Of a stretch of DNA of 64,000 nt, positions 60,186-64,000 are shown in pieces (position 1 is the stretch's first letter; each line of letters opens with the position of its first letter). Source of the DNA: Gemmatimonadales bacterium (GTDB taxonomy: Bacteria > Gemmatimonadota > Gemmatimonadetes > Gemmatimonadales > GWC2-71-9); contig OZ252244.1 of assembly GCA_965249575.1 (NCBI GenBank), positions 2,656,001 through 2,720,000 on the forward strand. Direction: 5' to 3'. The position numbers and the translations under genes are program-made. Under the pieces are notes generated by a model that was not told where the DNA came from, made no database searches, and worked only from the letters and a program-made list of their open reading frames with translations.

Positions 60186-61181
60186 CTAGACGAGCAGCCG
60201 GTCGTGGATGTCGCCCAGCTTGCTCTCCTCGAACGGCGTGACCTTCGCACCGCCCGTTACGATCGTGACCTCGCGCTCGACCGACCTCGGTCGCGCGGGT
60301 GTGCTCGCGATGGTGACGCCCGCGGCGATCGCCTTCCGGTCCTCGATCAGCGCATCGACTGCGGCGTCGTCTTTCGCCTCGGCCAGCTGCGCCTTGAAGG
60401 GATCCGTGACGAGGGTCTCCGGGAGCTCGGCCGCCTTGAGTTTCTTCTCGATGGCTTCGGCTCGTTGCCGCTTGGCCTCGGCCTCCTGCAGCGCCTTGTG
60501 CTCTTTCTTCAGATCCTCGAGCTCCGTCGACTGCTTTGAATCGGCGAGCACGGCCTCGACCAAGTCGGGGCGCTCCGCCTTGAGCTTCTCGATGGTGACG
60601 TCTTTCATGTCGGTCTCCTGCTCCCTGGTAACGGACTCGAAGAAGCCCGCAGTCGTGGCGGGGTCGGTCACGAGCTCGACGGCCGCGACCGCGTCAATCG
60701 TTTCCACCACGTCGTTGCCGTCGTCGCCCTTCCGGATGGTGCCCTGCGCCCGATGCGAGGCGCCCGCGAGCTTGGGCATCTGCTCGGCCAAGGCGAGCAC
60801 CAGGCTCTTCGTGGGCTCGCGGTCGAGGAGGTGGATCTCCCCGTAGACGCTGTCACCGGCTTTCCGGCTGTTGCGGACCTGTCCGGCAAGGTCCTGGACG
60901 GAACGGATCCCCTGTCGCTCCCGGAGATCGCGTTCGGTGGGGTGGTCGAGATAGAAGGGGGCACCCTCATAGAGGCGTGCGGCGTTGCTGAGGGCTGTAT
61001 CGCTGTAGGTCCGGCCGTTGAGCGACAGCCGACCGCAGAGCTTGACGTTTCGAATGGTGAGGGTGCCGCGGTCGACATTGGCCTCAGCCAGGGCGTGCCC
61101 AAGCGGGAAGCCTTCAAGAAGATCCGCCTTGACCGGCGTATCGAAGAGGGTCCTGGCCTGGCTCTCGGCCTTCTTGCTCAC
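60186..61181 (-). CDS. Prohead protease / scaffold
   Basis: 'SLNGRTYS', 'YLDHP', 'GASH', 'VELVTDPAT'; coiled-coil C-terminus. Confidence 0.8.
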   Translation of the reverse strand: MSKKAESQARTLFDTPVKADLLEGFPLGHALAEANVDRGTLTIRNVKLCGRLSLNGRTYSDTALSNAARLYEGAPFYLDHPTERDLRERQGIRSVQDLAGQVRNSRKAGDSVYGEIHLLDREPTKSLVLALAEQMPKLAGASHRAQGTIRKGDDGNDVVETIDAVAAVELVTDPATTAGFFESVTREQETDMKDVTIEKLKAERPDLVEAVLADSKQSTELEDLKKEHKALQEAEAKRQRAEAIEKKLKAAELPETLVTDPFKAQLAEAKDDAAVDALIEDRKAIAAGVTIASTPARPRSVEREVTIVTGGAKVTPFEESKLGDIHDRLLV

Positions 61182-61241
61182 AAAAAACGCGCCCCGATAG
61201 TAGGGAGGGCGCGTGCGTTCGCGTAATCCTCGTCCAACGCT

Positions 61242-61271
61242 AGCTTAGCGACCCCCTAGCGATCTTGTCAA
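61242..61271 (-). promoter_or_regulatory. Sigma70-like promoter upstream of the protease/capsid genes
   Basis: Minus strand TTGACA-N18-TAAGCT overlapped by a CGCTAG...CTAGCG inverted repeat. Confidence 0.55.
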
Positions 61272-61459
61272 CCCTTTTCCCATCCATACTGGACGCGGGG
61301 CTCCTGAAGGTCGACCCGCTCCCGGTCGGTGGTCTTGGGTTTCCGCGTCTCGTTGACCTCGTATTTCATCACGCGACCGCGGTCACAGTGCAGGACAATC
61401 TTGCCGTTGAACCCGCGGCTCAGGACAGCGCCAAGCTCGTCAAAGAAACTCTGTCTCAT
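61268..61459 (-). CDS. Small YezD/DUF2292-like protein
   Basis: 'FNGKIVLHCDRGRVMKYEVNET'; ATGA coupling. Confidence 0.5.
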   Translation of the reverse strand: MRQSFFDELGAVLSRGFNGKIVLHCDRGRVMKYEVNETRKPKTTDRERVDLQEPRVQYGWEKG

Positions 61460-62295
61460 GTGGGCACCACGAGCTCGAGGAGGCAGGTGCAGCGCGTGTG
61501 GGCTGCTGGAGCGAGGTGGCCACTCGGAAAAGCGTGGCGCATGGGAATCGGCTCGCTGTCGTGGTTTTCCTGGCATTCGTCGTGAAACCCGCGACCAGGT
61601 ACACGCCGCCAACGCTTGCGGGCACCCCCCACAAGCTCGCCCCGCCGCTGAAGAATCCTGTTGGTGAACGCGTTGGCCTCCGTGATCGCGATATCTCGCG
61701 CCCGCCGCATGAGGAGTTCTTCCTCGAGCCGGCGCAGGGCGGCACTGATCGATTTCCGGGGAAGGCCCAGGCGCTCGAGCCGCACGCGGTGATTCGCGAC
61801 CTGGGAGACTTGCCGTGGCGTGAGCCCCGTCGTGGCAGCGATATCCTCGAGCAGCGGTGCTGAGACGCCCCGTTCAAACACCCGCGCAAGGTGAAGCCGG
61901 AGCACCTCGAGCTGGCGAGCCTCGAGGCCGACCACGAGCTCGGCGACCTGTGCACGTGCCATGCTGTCAGCGACACTCCGTGGGAGACGCGACACCTGGA
62001 CGATCGCTCCCGTTGCCTCGAGGAGTTCCCGGGGACCGAGCGGGCGGAGGAGCGCCGCGTGGAGTTGGGGCCGGTACTGGTCCAGTGCGTCCCGTATGCG
62101 GAGGCCAAAGACCGCGGGGATCGCGCCACCCAGTAACAGGTCGCCCCACTCGGTAGCCGTGACCACCCCGTGCAGGGTGCGCACGAGCTGGCGGGTCACG
62201 GGCTCGAGCACCCGAGCCGCATGGGCCTGGGACCGACGGCTCACGGTGAAGCCCTCGGTCAGGAGCGGTCGGTACGTCTCGGCGAGGGTGACCAA
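61456..62295 (-). CDS. MuF-like head morphogenesis (minor capsid) protein
   Basis: 'RARDIAITE', 'KRW', 'P.AH.RCTC'; follows portal. Confidence 0.75.
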   Translation of the reverse strand: MVTLAETYRPLLTEGFTVSRRSQAHAARVLEPVTRQLVRTLHGVVTATEWGDLLLGGAIPAVFGLRIRDALDQYRPQLHAALLRPLGPRELLEATGAIVQVSRLPRSVADSMARAQVAELVVGLEARQLEVLRLHLARVFERGVSAPLLEDIAATTGLTPRQVSQVANHRVRLERLGLPRKSISAALRRLEEELLMRRARDIAITEANAFTNRILQRRGELVGGARKRWRRVPGRGFHDECQENHDSEPIPMRHAFPSGHLAPAAHTRCTCLLELVVPT

Positions 62296-62298
62296 GGG

Positions 62299-63975
62299 CT
62301 ACTCGGCGCCAGCCGCCGCGAACGGTACGGGCTCAGGTGGAACCGGTGGCTCATTGCCGGGCTCGACCGGTTCGGGCATCGGGGCGCTCAACAGATTCCG
62401 GAGATACCGGTCAATCGACGAATCGAGGCTGATCCCACCGGCGAGGAGCAGTTTGCTCGTGAGTTCGAGAATCCGGTCAATGCCGAGCGGGATCCGGTTC
62501 TCGAGCTCGGCCTGTAGCCGCTTCGACTCCGTTTCCCAGTCGATCCCGTCGCCGTGCGCCCACCCTTCCCGGGAGAGCGCGCCGTTCTTGTACCGAATCT
62601 CGTTCGCCTGGGTGTGCTGGAGCTCATCGCGGGAGAGCAGCGGTGGCCACTCGACCGCGATGTCCATGGACTCGGCCGTCTCCGCGTCCAGGCCCTTGAT
62701 TTGGTCCGCCTGCGCCCCAGCGATCATGGCCCAGCGGTAGATCTGGACGAGGACGGGCGTGAGGTCGTCCTGCCAGTATTCGAACTCCCGGAGTGCCGGT
62801 GATTCGGAGACCAGGTGCGACGCGAAGTTCGAATTGGACGAGTCGCCCGTGAAGATGTACTCAGGCAGCCCGGTCGCGGCCGCCATCGTGAGGAGAATCG
62901 CCCGGCCGTCGTGCTGGGCGTCCTGCGCCTGGAGGTTCGGCGACTTGAAGTCATAGGTGATACCCGGGCTCGTGTGGATGGTGGTCAGCGGCTTGACCAT
63001 CTGGGTCCGCCGGGTCTCCGGGGACGTCTGCCGCTGCGTCTCCCGCGCGTCGCGGATGCCAACGCCCTGGTCGCGGGTGCCCTCGACCGTCTTGATCCAG
63101 ACGACGGCGGCCCGGGCGAGGTTGAGCGCCAGCCGGTAGTTCAACCAGTCCTCGTACTTCTTGCTCCGCTCCATCAGCGGCTCGAGCACCGAGCGACCGC
63201 GCTTCACGTCGGAGTCGACCCCGACCTTCCAGTGGATGACATCGGCTGCCGGAATCACGTTCTCGAGCTTCGTGCTCGGGGCGAACATGTACCCGAGCAC
63301 GGTCTCGACATCGTCTTTGTCGGTAACGATCCCATGGGAGACCCGGCCCTCGGGGTCCCTGACGTGCTCTGGGTCGATGAACCGGACGAGCAACATCCCT
63401 CGAGGAATGTCGACCAAGGGTCTCAAGCTTGCGGGACTCATGCTCTGTGATTGCAGCGCCTGAACCGCTTCATCGCTGGGCGTAAACTGTCCATCGAAGA
63501 TCGCCCGGCGGACAAACACCTCGCCGTCGCGCCACCCGCGCCGCGGGAGCTCGTCCTCCCGGCGGTCCCAGTTGTTGGCCCGTCGGAATTTCTTCCACCA
63601 GTCGGCGCAGGCTTTGACGGTCGCGTCGTCGTCGAGTTCGGGTGTGATCGTGACGCCCTTGCCCACCACAAACCGCTCGAGCGTCCGGATGTACCCCCGC
63701 ATGTGAGGCTTCAGCTGGTAGTCCGTTCGGGCGCGGGCCCGGAGGGATTGCTGCGTCGTTTCGTCGAGCTCCCGCTGGCCAGCAGCCAGGATCGGCACGA
63801 AGCCGTCGTCTTCCGGCTGGACGGCACGGACGATCTGCTCCATCGTTTGCCGCGACGCCTCCATGTGGAGCCGTTCCATCCCCATCGCCTCGGCTCTGAG
63901 CGCCCGCTCCTCCAGCGGCGCGCGGATCGCCCGCCCGACCAAGCGCCAGAACCCGGTCCCGTTCTTCGTTGCCAT
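62299..63975 (-). CDS. Phage portal protein
   Basis: 'RDGEVF', 'VIHWK......RGRS.L', 'GLPEY..TGD.S..NFAS'; GAGGAGG RBS. Confidence 0.88.
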   Translation of the reverse strand: MATKNGTGFWRLVGRAIRAPLEERALRAEAMGMERLHMEASRQTMEQIVRAVQPEDDGFVPILAAGQRELDETTQQSLRARARTDYQLKPHMRGYIRTLERFVVGKGVTITPELDDDATVKACADWWKKFRRANNWDRREDELPRRGWRDGEVFVRRAIFDGQFTPSDEAVQALQSQSMSPASLRPLVDIPRGMLLVRFIDPEHVRDPEGRVSHGIVTDKDDVETVLGYMFAPSTKLENVIPAADVIHWKVGVDSDVKRGRSVLEPLMERSKKYEDWLNYRLALNLARAAVVWIKTVEGTRDQGVGIRDARETQRQTSPETRRTQMVKPLTTIHTSPGITYDFKSPNLQAQDAQHDGRAILLTMAAATGLPEYIFTGDSSNSNFASHLVSESPALREFEYWQDDLTPVLVQIYRWAMIAGAQADQIKGLDAETAESMDIAVEWPPLLSRDELQHTQANEIRYKNGALSREGWAHGDGIDWETESKRLQAELENRIPLGIDRILELTSKLLLAGGISLDSSIDRYLRNLLSAPMPEPVEPGNEPPVPPEPVPFAAAGAE

Positions 63976-64000
63976 TCCTACACCCTCCTCAGCGAGCGAT

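Larger units (their letters stand above)
24747..64000. mobile_element. Siphovirus-like temperate prophage, right end outside the window
   Basis: Integrase next to tRNA; replication, recombination, repressor, lysis, tail, capsid and portal genes; no sheath gene recognised. Confidence 0.93.

Overview
High-GC bacterial window; the lipoprotein styles and gene content suggest Gemmatimonadota, which is an inference only. It has two parts. (1) 1-24.7 kb is host chromosome: an NHEJ locus (MerR-HTH/TPR gene, Ku, LigD, each with a reading-frame lesion), GH15, M24 peptidase, msrB, a cold-shock gene, an Omp85 barrel plus kinase-like pair, egtD, bioBFDA, an NfuA-like gene, and tandem tRNA-Leu(GAG)/tRNA-Thr(CGT). 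(2) From about 24.75 kb to the window end is a siphovirus-like prophage inserted at tRNA-Thr. It has a leftward early operon ending in the integrase, a divergent repressor plus ImmA/IrrE-like gene, an accessory stack of about 10.7 kb, and leftward lysis, tail and head genes up to the portal. Terminase and attR lie beyond the window. The most notable structure is in the accessory stack. The 3' end of the immA-like gene occurs three times, and each copy overlaps (TGTGA) the start codon of a different, unrelated lipoprotein gene. Two further short repeat families mark other cassette borders, suggesting a recombinase-free exchangeable cassette array. Scattered frameshifts and stops may be sequencing error rather than biology. 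All family assignments come from motif recognition by eye; no database searches were run.
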